From: Selaginella moellendorffii
Taxonomy: Eukaryota > Plantae > Lycopodiophyta
Length of the DNA: 64,000 bases
Assembly: GCF_000143415.4 (NCBI RefSeq)
Contig: NW_003314263.1
Location: 1 to 64,000 of the forward strand
Direction of reading: 5' to 3'
The position numbers were made by a program, and so were the translations under genes. Below, one piece after another: positions 39,262-50,461 of this stretch; position 1 is the stretch's first letter, and each line of letters starts with the position of its first letter. The notes beneath the pieces were generated by a model that made no database searches, was not told the DNA's origin, and was given only the letters and a program-made list of their open reading frames with translations.

Positions 39262-39358
39262 TGGCAAGAAGAAAGAAAAGAAAGGGGGGAAAAGACAAAG
39301 GCAATCAAATAATCAAAACAAGCTAAAAGAAAAGCAAAAAACACAATCTGAATCAAAT

Positions 39359-39734
39359 TGTCAAGACCCCCAACAAGATCAAGACTGGAAAATGCTAAAG
39401 ACAAAGAGAAAAAGCTAGCGAAAACAAAGAAGAGGCCTTAGACTGGTGTTGATTCAGATTGTGGAGAAATGGAACAAGGCTAACCTATATATACTATAGG
39501 TTGATGAAGCTCCACCACTCTTGGATCGAGGACGGCCTAAATACAGCTGAGGTCGAGGAGGCGCCACATCATCATCAGGAATGTGGCTCGAGACTCAGGA
39601 ATCGGGAAGTGTCTCGAGAGTCAGGAATAGGGAAGTGTCTCGAGAGTCAGGAATAGGGAACTGTCTCGAGAGTCAGGAATGTGGTCTGCAGGTCAGGAAT
39701 CCGGCGAGAGTCAGGAATGTGGCAAGAATTGGGG
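39359..39734 (-). repeat. 5' LTR lacking its terminal about 12 bp
   Basis: Matches 34152-34520; the terminal gattcctgaca is absent. Confidence 0.92.
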
Positions 39735-41103
39735 TATACGGAGGTTGGGTTCGAGTCCCGACCCTCTAGTGCTTGGGTTCGAGTCCCAACTCACTAGGGC
39801 GTGGTGATGGTTTGGAATATGAGGACACTCATTTTTCGGTGGTCATGGACTCTCAGTGTGGAGACTGGTTTGGGCACACCGCCAAGCGAGGGATGCCTCG
39901 GAGTCGTGATGCACGGTTAGATTGCTTAGTGTGGCTCAACATATCTAACTTGAACATTTTGGTGCAAGTGGCACCAAGGACGTGGTGAATGAGATGGGGA
40001 CACCCAGTCTCAATTGCTATGAACCCTTGGCCGGAAGGGCTAGCTTGGGCGCACCGCCAAGTGTGGGGGATGCCCCCGGGGTCGTAGTTAACAAGTTAAA
40101 GGTCTGGAAGACCTAGTACCTATTGGCAAACCTGTTAAGGTGCCAAGGTGAGATCACTAGGTGATCTTGTGGCTAAATAAGGACAAGGTCTTTGTTTGGG
40201 GTAAGGAATAAGGTCCTTAGTTCAAAGTGTTGATTTGAACTATTGAGGATGGTGTGGCTTGGTCAAGGTGACCAAGTGGGGAAAAGCACCTTAGGGAAAT
40301 GAGCTATGTTATTGCGATGGCATAGTGTGTCCAAGGAAAGTAGTCTCTATAAGAGACCCATGGGAGGGTCACAAAGTTGGGCCGTGGATAGAGCCCACAG
40401 CAGAAAATGCTAAAGAGACTTACTAGGGGTGAACACCCTAGTCTTGGCAAAACCGAGCCTTTGCTATGGAATCAAAAGAATACCTCAAGGAGGGAGGTAG
40501 AGATTTGGTGTTGCTTGGTGCAACCATCAACAGATAGGAGCAAAAGATGAGTGGCCAAGAATCCCTTGGAAGGAATCCAAGTGGCAAAGTTAGGCGAGGA
40601 ACACTAATGTGTTGGATGCTAACAAATTGCGGGAAAGGAAGCGAGTCTCCAAGAATGGATTCTGAATTGCTCCGATTTGGCGAAAAGGGAAGCTCCGAGG
40701 GATGGAGCGGTAAGGTAGCCAAATGATAGGGCCATGGACAGCCCTAGCACAAAGTATGATAACTGGAACTTAGTACCCAAGGTGGCACGAAATAGAAGAG
40801 AGGATGATGGTGCCCTCAAGTAGAGAACTTCCTAGGAGGAGGGAGTGGAGTTGCACAATATGTGCAATGCAAGGTGTTGGAAACACCTAGGGAATTGACT
40901 TCCAGAAGTCAAAGAGTAAAAGTTCCAAGGTGCAAACGTTCAATCAATGGAAATTGAGACTACTCGAGAAGGAGTAGTGGTATTGACTTAGAGAAGGGTC
41001 TCTAAGAGGTTTAGTGAGAACTAAATCAATAAAAGGGGAGAACCACTACCTGTGGTCCAATCAGTCTCTAAGTTGGAGAGACTACCCTCCTTAGAGGATG
41101 GGA

Positions 41104-41282
41104 AAGGCATGGTGAGCCTTTGGTGTCAAACCATTGACGAATATGGAGAAGGCATGGTGAGCCTTCAATGTCAAACCATTGACGAATATGGAGAAGGCAT
41201 GGTGAGCCTTCAATGTCAAACCATTGACGAATATGGAGAAGGCATGGTGAGCCTTCAATGTCAAACCATAGACAAATATTGG
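41104..41282. repeat. 45-bp tandem repeat, about 4 copies, just upstream of the PPT
   Basis: Unit gaaggcatggtgagccttcaatgtcaaaccattgacgaatatgga. Confidence 0.93.
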
Positions 41283-41383
41283 CCGGGGGCCAAGGATGGA
41301 AACAGTAATACATATGGGTGTTACTTTATAAAAGGGTTTACCGTTCGATGAGGACATCGAACTTCGTCTATAGGTGGTGGAGT

Positions 41384-43214
41384 TGTGAGACACAAAATCC
41401 CTAGGCCCCAAAGTGGAGCTGGAAGGGCGCCACGTGGTAGTGGCCGAATCAAAAGCCAAACAAGCGTAACACGTTTGGACTAAAAGCTCTGACTTGAAAG
41501 GTCGAGAGCGGGANNNNNNNNNNNNNNNNNNNNNNNNNNNNNNNNNNNNNNNNNNNNNNNNNNNNNNNNNNNNNNNNNNNNNNNNNNNNNNNNNNNNNNN
41601 NNNNNNNNNNNNNNNNNNNNNNNNNNNNNNNNNNNNNNNNNNNNNNNNNNNNNNNNNNNNNNNNNNNNNNNNNNNNNNNNNNNNNNNNNNNNNNNNNNNN
41701 NNNNNNNNNNNNNNNNNNNNNNNNNNNNNNNNNNNNNNNNNNNNNNNNNNNNNNNNNNNNNNNNNNNNNNNNNNNNNNNNNNNNNNNNNNNNNNNNNNNN
41801 NNNNNNNNNNNNNNNNNNNNNNNNNNNNNNNNNNNNNNNNNNNNNNNNNNNNNNNNNNNNNNNNNNNNNNNNNNNNNNNNNNNNNNNNNNNNNNNNNNNN
41901 NNNNNNNNNNNNNNNNNNNNNNNNNNNNNNNNNNNNNNNNNNNNNNNNNNNNNNNNNNNNNNNNNNNNNNNNNNNNNNNNNNNNNNNNNNNNNNNNNNNN
42001 NNNNNNNNNNNNNNNNNNNNNNNNNNNNNNNNNNNNNNNNNNNNNNNNNNNNNNNNNNNNNNNNNNNNNNNNNNNNNNNNNNNNNNNNNNNNNNNNNNNN
42101 NNNNNNNNNNNNNNNNNNNNNNNNNNNNNNNNNNNNNNNNNNNNNNNNNNNNNNNNNNNNNNNNNNNNNNNNNNNNNNNNNNNNNNNNNNNNNNNNNNNN
42201 NNNNNNNNNNNNNNNNNNNNNNNNNNNNNNNNNNNNNNNNNNNNNNNNNNNNNNNNNNNNNNNNNNNNNNNNNNNNNNNNNNNNNNNNNNNNNNNNNNNN
42301 NNNNNNNNNNNNNNNNNNNNNNNNNNNNNNNNNNNNNNNNNNNNNNNNNNNNNNNNTTGGGTGATGAACTGACCACTGGGAAGTCCAAGACTAGAGTGAA
42401 TACGGACCGACAAGCGGGGTAGCTTGGTGAAGTGTTCAAGAGCCGGCTCTAGTTCCCCCGGGAGATCGACTGGCCGATGCTCCCAGTCCAAGTGTGGGTG
42501 GCACTACCTACTTGAATACCAGGCGTGGCTCAACGGAACCTCGCTCTAAGCCCATGGCTAGAGCACCCAAGGGAGGAAGGCGGGGAGAGTACCCAGGTGG
42601 CTCGCGTAAGGCCACGGTGTTTCGAAATGTTGTCCCAAAGGCCCAGACTGTGGAAAGGAAGAGGAGTAGTCTTTTGGGGTAGTGACCAAGGACTCAGTCG
42701 TGTGGTGAGGAAGTCCCAGAGGACCGTGGGACTTAGTGGTCGGGCCTGTGGGCCTCGATCCAGTGGCAGTGTTGGCAAACACGGTCAGGGGCAGAAAGGG
42801 ACTTAGTGGAGATTGACAGAGGGATATTAGGGAAGGCTATTCCCCTTGTCGGTGGGCATCCTAAGGATGCTAAGGAGTGGATCTGAGATGACCACTCACG
42901 GATGGATTGCCTAGTCTTGGAGAGCTAAGATTGCGATGCAAGTGGTATTGGACTACCAGTGTGGCAAAGGTGATTGGGCATGGCCTTAGCATAATAGGCT
43001 GCCATGTCGGTGGTACCTTTGAGTGCCGGTCATGGGATTGGACACGTGGAGCACCTGGACCAAGTGCAAATGTTGAGTGGCATAGATGCCATTCTCGGGG
43101 CTAGCAAGTCCTAAGTCCTAAATTGGACTTATGGAGGTGGTGAATGAGACTCCTCCAAGTGGTCGGAGGTGTGGTTAAGTGACTAAAGTAAAATGGAAAA
43201 ATTAGTCGCTTACA
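41384..43214 (+). repeat. 3' LTR (contains N gap 41514-42356)
   Basis: Direct repeat of 30213-31625. Confidence 0.93.
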
Positions 43215-43870
43215 CATCTATTATATTAAGATATATTGTAATCTTTTCTCATTTTAAAAATTTTTTCTTTCATTTAATTGAAATTAAAAATAATTCATTA
43301 CTTATTGTTTCTATTAAATATTTTTAAAGTACTTTAAATTCTTTAAATTATATTTTTTGTCCATCTGACTATTCAAAATTAAAGTTAATTCTAAAAACTA
43401 TAATTGAATAAAAGTATATAATTATAATTTAAGTTATATATATTTTAACTTTATATAGCATGGCTTAAGCCCGAGCTAATCCTTTTCCTGAAGTTTTTGC
43501 CAACTTCCTTTTGCCAACTTTCCTTTACTTTCATGTTTCCATCAACTAGAGGCTGCTCACCTTGGAGACTGGATGCGGCTATGAGGCAAGCTCAACACTC
43601 ACTCCTCCAGATTTTCAAGGACCACCAGGGACTTTCCTCTTCCCACCCATTTTATAATCCTGCTAGCGAATCCTCCACACCAAAAATCACCAAGAACTAG
43701 CACGGGCAGTGCAGTGATAAACTACACCACACCACCAGCATCATGCGACAATCGTTGCAATGAATGCCAACATGAAGAAATTAATCTTCGTACAAACAGC
43801 TAAAGTTCTCCGGAAACTTTCAAGTACTACAGCGAGAGGAGAAATTTCTTTCTTTTCTTTCTCTCTTCTC

Positions 43871-45478
43871 TCATACATCCTGGAGCGCCGCTGGAGTGGC
43901 AGACATCTCCTCCTCGTTCTCGCCAGACAAGTCCTCGAGCGACCGTCCATTTGTCTCTGGAACAAAGAACGTAAACAGGAGCCCCAGAGCGTTGCATCCT
44001 CCCAGCATCAGTAGCGCCGTCCGGATCCCCAATCCAGTCGGGTAGCCATGCTCCTGCTGCCCTTCGTGTTGGTTCTGCGACAAGTAGAGGAACCCGAAAG
44101 CTCCAACGATGGCTCCGGCCTTTCCAGCCGCTGCCGAGATCCCGTGGCAAGTCGATCGCAGCCGGGCCGGGAAGAGCTCCGCGGGGACGATGAAAGTGGT
44201 GGAGTTGGGCCCAAAGTTTGCGAAGAAGAAGGTGAGCGAGTAGAGCACGATGAACGTCATGTGGTGGCCGCCGCAGAAGCTGTCACCGCACTTGTCCCCG
44301 CGGAGCTTGTAGTAGGGGATGGCGAGCGCGAACATGAACACGGTCATCATGAAGAAGCCCATGACTTGGATGGTGAAGCGTCCAATCCTGTCGATGAGAG
44401 CCACCGTGAACCAGTACCCGGGAACCGTGGAGCACAGCGCGATCAGTGTCTGTGCTCGCGAGATCCTGTAGACTTCCTCCATCGCGCTCATACTTCCAGG
44501 CCCCGGGAGCCATCCCACCGCGGTGAAAACGTCCTTTTGGAAGAGGTTCTGGCTGTAGAAGGCGACGTCGAGGAAGAACCATGTAGTCGTGGTGCCCAGG
44601 AGCTGGAGGCCGTGTCGCCTCGCAAACGCTTTCGTAAAGAGACCAAACTTTAGCTTCCGCATCGGGGACTCATGCTTGACAGGCTCCGTGGCCACCTCCA
44701 TCTCGAGAACTTTGCTCATATCTTGCGTGGCCTGCTTGAGATTCCCTTCCACTAGAGCCGTGTAGCGAGCGGTCTCGGGCATCTTCATCCGCCAGTAGAA
44801 CGTAAGCGCCGCCGGGATGGCTCCGAGCATGAAGATGAGCCTCCACGCAAAGTCCACCTCGGTTGGAGTGGATGCTATCTGATTCTCGTTGAAAGATGGC
44901 GCCGGATAAGCATGGTTGAACGCCGCGGAGATCACCAGCGACACTATCCCGCCGGCCAGGATTCCAAATCCTTGCATGGCAAACACCGCCGCGATGAATG
45001 CCCCGCGCGTCTTGGTGTTGGCATACTCGGACATGATCGTGGCCGAGAGAGGATAGTCGCCACCGATGCCGAATCCAAGCCAGAACCGGAAGAAGCACAG
45101 CGTTGTCATCACCGACTTGGCAGTGTGGCCGAAGGAGAGACCCGAGGCGATCGAGCAGATGACCATGAGCATGAGCGTCATCCCATAGACTTTCTTTCGT
45201 CCCAGCTTGTCACCGAGCCAGCCGAAGAAGAGCTGGCCGGACAGAGTCCCGCAAAAGGCCACACCGTTGACGGCCGCCGCTACGTTTGCTGGGAGTGCTC
45301 CGGGCTTTCCAGTGGTTGAATCGTAGTAGTAGATCCTTCCCAGGAGCTTGGTGACGGTGGAGATGCAAAAGAGATCGTAAGCATCCGTGAAGAAGCCCAT
45401 ACCCGCGATGAGAATGGCCGTGAAGTGGTACCACTGCGTCTTGGCCTTGTCCAAGGCGGTCAGCACCTCGAGCGCCAT
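43871..45478 (-). CDS. PHT1: High-affinity phosphate transporter, PHT1 family; intronless CDS with probable 5' UTR intron about 45510-45790
   Basis: [13 protein letters not shown] signature, [33 protein letters not shown]. Confidence 0.97.
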   Translation of the reverse strand: MALEVLTALDKAKTQWYHFTAILIAGMGFFTDAYDLFCISTVTKLLGRIYYYDSTTGKPGALPANVAAAVNGVAFCGTLSGQLFFGWLGDKLGRKKVYGMTLMLMVICSIASGLSFGHTAKSVMTTLCFFRFWLGFGIGGDYPLSATIMSEYANTKTRGAFIAAVFAMQGFGILAGGIVSLVISAAFNHAYPAPSFNENQIASTPTEVDFAWRLIFMLGAIPAALTFYWRMKMPETARYTALVEGNLKQATQDMSKVLEMEVATEPVKHESPMRKLKFGLFTKAFARRHGLQLLGTTTTWFFLDVAFYSQNLFQKDVFTAVGWLPGPGSMSAMEEVYRISRAQTLIALCSTVPGYWFTVALIDRIGRFTIQVMGFFMMTVFMFALAIPYYKLRGDKCGDSFCGGHHMTFIVLYSLTFFFANFGPNSTTFIVPAELFPARLRSTCHGISAAAGKAGAIVGAFGFLYLSQNQHEGQQEHGYPTGLGIRTALLMLGGCNALGLLFTFFVPETNGRSLEDLSGENEEEMSATPAALQDV

Positions 45479-45902
45479 CGCTGAGCTCGCGGAAGAATTG
45501 CCCCCTTCCTGCAAACAGTGTGACAAAGATTGAGAGAGAGGTGTGATGAAAGCAAAGATCTTCCCAGGTATAGTGGAGGAAAAAAAAAATGTCCAGGAAA
45601 GACCTTTTCACTCCAAAAATCAGGGATTGCAAGCACAGGTCTGGAAGAGGAATGCCAAGAGATTGGAGATGGAATGCGAGAGATTGGAAATAAAATGCCG
45701 GCAAGAGAATCGAGAATGAGGATGGAAATCGATAGCAATGGAAGGAAACGCGATCGAGAATGGTAGAGCACGAAAATCTGCGCAGATTACCTACTGGCGA
45801 TTCGATGCCGCGATGTGCACGTTCGTGGTCGTCGTCTTCTGGGATTTTCAAAGCCCTAGCCTCATGCAAGGAAGAAGGTCAATTTATTCGCAAACTGGAT
45901 TC

Positions 45903-45910
45903 GAATATCC
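45903..45910. promoter_or_regulatory. P1BS (PHR1-binding, GNATATNC) in the PHT1 promoter
   Basis: GAATATCC upstream of the UTR exon, at the expected position for a PHT1 gene. Confidence 0.7.
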
Positions 45911-46215
45911 AGATATTTGACTATTCTCTGAGTGCCACGCGGCAAGATCTTGCACTGCTGTACTACGTACGGAAGAACGCGCACACGTACGAAATAACAC
46001 GCTAAACACAATCAAGAGTACGGAAGAACACTCAGGCGTACGGATGAACATTGTCAAAAATTGGCGATTGACTCCGATAACGTCAAAGACTTTTGGGGGG
46101 AGAGTTTTATTTGACAAGTCTCTTTGTGGGCGCGCTTCCTTCTTTTTTTCTTTAAAGCTATACGTACTATAGCGATTTGTAGAGAATTCTCTTAAAAGTG
46201 TTGGCGCCTGTCGCT

Positions 46216-46873
46216 TTATACTCTAGCAGCGACCCAAGTTCCAAAGAGTATCATCCAAAACGACGCTGTGAGTTTGGTCCCCACATTCTTCGCACTGGGA
46301 ACGATCGTGAAGTTTCCTGGGGAAAAAAAATGAGTTTTTTAGAAGGAAAAGTTGGATTCTAGATCTTAGGAAAGGGGAATTTACCGGTGGAGCAGCCAGT
46401 GTGGAGCGATCTTCTCACGTCATCTGTGCTTGCCTTGTTCGTGAAGAGGAAGTGGGACTTAACTCGGTCGATACACTTGAGCACTACCAAGGTTTGGTTG
46501 GCGCAAGGCCCGCAATAGTCTGGGACGCTGGTAACGTTGAGAGAACCATGGTAGTCAAGTCTGGTACAAGACGAGCTCTGTACAAAACATATATGATTGA
46601 AAACTTTGAAAAAAAAGAAAAGAAAAACTCTCTCACCTGGTTTTTCAAACACAGAGTCGCAAAATGCCACTGCTGGTTTGGATTCGCAAAGGCTTTCCCG
46701 AGAGGATAATTTTTCAAGGCGTAGGATGGGAGTTGAAGTTGAGCATAAACTCCTGGAAAGATCACGCACAAAGATTAGATTTTTCCAAACCAAGGATCAA
46801 TCAAGCACAAACCTGCTGCGAGGAACGCGACGATGAGTGTCACCAGCTTGACATAATCCTGTCCCATATCCAT
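46216..46873 (-). CDS. Small secreted Cys-rich protein (DUF7731-like), probable GPI/TM tail, 4 exons
   Basis: Signal peptide (KLVTLIVAFLAAGVYA), C.RL...GSLNV...YCGPC...LVVLKC....F.F.NKA...DVR..L..GC, last exon GNFTIV...FWMILFGTWVAARV*; GT-AG introns. Confidence 0.75.
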
Positions 46874-47096
46874 TGCCTCCTCCTTTCCCTCTCGTTGACA
46901 CGGCAAATAGTCTCTCTTAAATGTCCTCGTTTGGATATTCGAACATCCTTCGAGGGAGACGAGTTGTCCAATGCATCCTTGTCCACCTTATCTCGTTTCG
47001 AGCGTCACCATTTGAGAAGCCTTGCATTATAAACAAAGGAGCAAAAATTTTCTCATGTAGAAGAGTATAAAATTGCCTCTTACCCAAGCGCTACGA

Positions 47097-48728
47097 CTAC
47101 AGGAAATCCGTGTCGTTCTCCTGCGAGAGAACTCGTAGCATCTCGCTTGCTGCAGGACTTCCAAAGCTATAAAGAACAAAAAACACTCCCATGCAAAGCG
47201 CGAAGGCCTGCGTCAAGCGCTGGAACTCCGGAGCTTCGCCAGACATTACCATGTTGTCATCAAGATCTTCTAGCCGGGTATTCATTTGACCGGCTTTTGG
47301 AGTAGCCAAAAGACCAAACAAAGTGCCTACTGCTGCCGCACCAACATGAGTCCTGTAAGAACACGCAAAAGTTTAAGAAACTGGAAACTTGGCGAAGTTA
47401 CGCGTCATAGTTTTCGAGAAACTAGCTCACCAGTTATCAGCAGGCAACGCATCCGTCAAAGCCAAGTGTAGAGCGCTCATAACGAGGATCTTTTGTATCA
47501 CGTCACTCGTGATCCCTGCTTGCATCTCTTTGCCGAAACTCTGGCGGTTCTGGACAATGTAGACGGCCCATGCAGCGACTAGAGCGTAAAGAGGACCCTG
47601 TCACAGCATCATTTTGCCAAAACTTGTGTCAAAACTAGATCGAAAGTTTTGGAGAAAACTTACAGTGCCACCGACTGTTGGAGCTGGAGTGAGGAAATAA
47701 CTCGTGATGTTCCCGAAAATTCCTCCAAGTAGATAGATCATACAAAACCCGGCCGGACCATAGACGGACTCCACTCCCGGACCGAAGGAGAGTAGAGCCC
47801 AGGCACCGAGGCCGATATGGATGAGACCATCGTGCTACAAACACAAAGAACAGACAATGAGAAGTTGGCAGAACTAAGTTCACACGAAATTTACCAAGAA
47901 CATTGGAGTGACTAGTCTCCACCACTGTCCATCCGCAATGAGGGAGTTGATCTTAGCTCCGACTAGAAACGGGAGAGGAACTTCGACCATCTCGGGAGTT
48001 TGAACGGGGCTCGCGAGACCAAAGAGAAAGACAGCGGCATTTACACCTATGATCACATTCCTGCGAAAGAACAAATAGTAAAAACAGAATCAAAGGAAAA
48101 AAAATCCAGGAAAAGCAGAGAGTTTCTTCATTTTTACTTCTTTTTTCGTATGTACTTACGTGAAAGTAGAAGCATTTCTTGGAGCAAAGTCCGTAGGAAG
48201 AGTTTTAGCGTCGTCCTTTTGAAAGCTTTTGTCTAGCTCGTGTAGAAAACTAAGAACTTTCTCATCTTCTTCTACTGGAGCTTTGGGCACTTCTTTCGGA
48301 ACGTCTGGAAGCAAAAACTGTGTTAGCGATTGATGAATCTCTAGCAAGAAAAACACGAAAGAAATGGCACTACCTTTGGTGGCTGGAACTTGCATTTTGT
48401 CGAAGTAGGCATTGAGAGCGTCGAGTCCTTGTAAATCCCTGGACGTATTCTTCGAATCCTCGATCACAGCCCCGGAGCTTGCCGAATTCTCCACCGCAAC
48501 GTCTTTCGCAGCGCTACTCTTGTTTTGGAGCTTGCTGAAGTACGAATCTAACGAGCTCAGTAGCTTTGTCTCCCGATTCTTTGGAGGAGAAGGAGAATTC
48601 TCCAGGGAGCTCGGAGTGCCAGTGTTGCAGCAAAGTGGACGCAAAACACTCGCCCTGTGCACTCTAGATCGAAAATTCGCCCGAGCATTCGGGTGGAATG
48701 ACACACTTAGCTTGCAAACGCTTGCCAT
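47097..48728 (-). CDS. Rhomboid-like protein, plastid RBL9-type (probably proteolytically inactive), multi-exon
   Basis: Transit-peptide-like N-terminus, LDSYFSKL, GAKINSLIADGQWWRLVTPMFLH, TVGGTG in place of GxSG, DNWTH. Confidence 0.88.
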
Positions 48729-49147
48729 TTTCCTAGCGGATACGATCCTCCTACCTTGCTAGAATTTAAGAACGAGAAGCTCAGCCCTATCTCCATCTGG
48801 GAAAACAACGGCAAAGATTTAACCACGTGGACAGGATAAAGAACCCCAAGTAGCGAATCGCAGCTTCCCACCTGGCAAACATCTGCCACATCGGCAAGCC
48901 GGCCACGCTCTTCACATTTCCAAAGAACACGTGAACTTAACAAAGAAAATCGGCGGCTTATTCCATACCTTCCAATCTTTTTGTTTTTCTCTTTACAATC
49001 TTTGCACGATCACACGTAAAACACTGTACGATCACTGTACGACCTTTGACACTTCTGGATCCACTGTTGTTTACCTTTAAAACATTGCTTGGAAATGATC
49101 ATGCCTGACAATTCCCAAAAGAGAGAAATGATTTACAGTTTCTTCTG

Positions 49148-50461
49148 TCACACGCTTAAGCCTTTTCTCAACTCGTCGTGTTGGAAGATTGTCCTGTTCG
49201 ATGGCTTGGAGCTAACTTTTCTCGCGGCCGGGAAGACGAACCAGGCCATGGACGCGAACACGATCGCCGCGACCATCCCGGTGCTGGTGAGCCCGAAGAG
49301 GATCACCACGACGATGAGCATCACTTGGACAGCACCCCCACCGTTGCCACCAACGCAGCTCTCGAGTTCTTCCTGCTGCTGGAGATGATTTAGCCTGCTT
49401 TGGTGATGGCTTCTCTGCTCGCTGTGATGCCTATGAGCCGGACTTCCACCTTGTTGTTGCTCGGTTTGATGCCTATGAGCCGGGCTTCCACCTCGTTGCT
49501 CGCTTTGAAATCTCGGCTGGTGTCTGTGGGCCGGACTTCCACCTTGTTGTTGCTCGCTTTGATGCCTGTGCGCCGGACTTCCACCCTGTTGTTGCTCGCT
49601 TTGAAATGGATTGTTCCTCGGTTGGTGTCTGTGGGCCGGACTTCCGACTTCCTGCGGCTTGTCCGAGCTGAAAAACGTCGAGCAGCTCATCACCGGGCTC
49701 ACCGGTGTGCTCGCTGACGTTGTCCTGCTGAAGTCGCTGGTGTTGCTGAAACTTCCACCTGATCCAAACTGATGGGGTTGCCTCGGGGAAGTAGGGGCCG
49801 AAACACAACTCATCGAGCCCGGCAGTGATCTCATTGTTACCGGACGCGCAAAGCTGAGGTCGATGTTGGGCTGCTGCGGGAAATTCACCGGAAGGTAACG
49901 AGCCCACATCGGTCTCAAGTGCCTGGCGATGAAAGACGAGGTGATGCCGGCCACGACCGCTATCAGCACGTCCACTATCGCCGCGACTATCATGATGAAC
50001 AATGTGATTGCCTTGAGCGCCTTCCTCGTCCCGTGTTGTAACTCGTAGACAAGCTGCTCAAACTTGACGGACAGCCAAGATTGTTTGCTGCAATCCTTGA
50101 CGCTATGGCTTTCCTCCTCGACGGAAGCTTGATCCGAGACAACGTCATCACCGGTCTTGCTCTCCGCGGAAGAATTCTGCTTGTCTAGCCGAGTCAGAGG
50201 CTGCGAATCCCCTCGAGAAGGGATGGACGATGAGCGGCTCCTGCCAACTACAACCGGTACCCAGTCCCTTCCTTTGGACGTGCCCCTCGTGAACCAAACA
50301 TCCGAGGTAGACACCCCTTCCTCAGCGGCAATCGAAGCTCGCAGTTTCTCCAGCTCGGAGTAGACCTCGTTAAACTTGTCCATCCCTCGGTTCTGGAATG
50401 GATTCTGCTTCCCCTTGGAAGAGCCGAACCTCGGTGACTTCCGCCTGCTGATCTTGCTCAT
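49148..50461 (-). CDS. ZCF37-like membrane protein with GSPAHRHQ repeats, intronless, 437 aa
   Basis: NPFQNRGMDKF..L..LR motif, WVPVVV, hydrophobic central and C-terminal segments. Confidence 0.75.
   Translation of the reverse strand: MSKISRRKSPRFGSSKGKQNPFQNRGMDKFNEVYSELEKLRASIAAEEGVSTSDVWFTRGTSKGRDWVPVVVGRSRSSSIPSRGDSQPLTRLDKQNSSAESKTGDDVVSDQASVEEESHSVKDCSKQSWLSVKFEQLVYELQHGTRKALKAITLFIMIVAAIVDVLIAVVAGITSSFIARHLRPMWARYLPVNFPQQPNIDLSFARPVTMRSLPGSMSCVSAPTSPRQPHQFGSGGSFSNTSDFSRTTSASTPVSPVMSCSTFFSSDKPQEVGSPAHRHQPRNNPFQSEQQQGGSPAHRHQSEQQQGGSPAHRHQPRFQSEQRGGSPAHRHQTEQQQGGSPAHRHHSEQRSHHQSRLNHLQQQEELESCVGGNGGGAVQVMLIVVVILFGLTSTGMVAAIVFASMAWFVFPAARKVSSKPSNRTIFQHDELRKGLSV

Larger units (their letters stand above)
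34152..39734 (-). mobile_element. Young nested chromovirus (Tcn1/Tf1-sushi-like Ty3/gypsy)
   Basis: LTRs 34152-34532 and 39359-39734, identical by eye except a 6-bp indel and a lost terminus; PPT 34533-34545; intact gag and pol with chromodomain. Confidence 0.96.
30213..43214 (+). mobile_element. Complete LTR element without recognisable gag/pol (non-autonomous, LARD-like), TSD CATCT
   Basis: LTRs 30213-31625 and 41384-43214 (TG..CA); CATCT at 30208-30212 and 43215-43219; PBS TGGTATCGGAGC 31629-31640; PPT-like aggtggtggag 41372-41382. Confidence 0.93.

Noticed and set aside
41104-41282. Regular repeats resembling a CRISPR array (also 34375-34510)
   Set aside because: Head-to-tail units without unique spacers, inside retroelements in eukaryotic DNA
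41091-42491. Long ORFs of 292-466 aa
   Set aside because: Artefacts of the N gap
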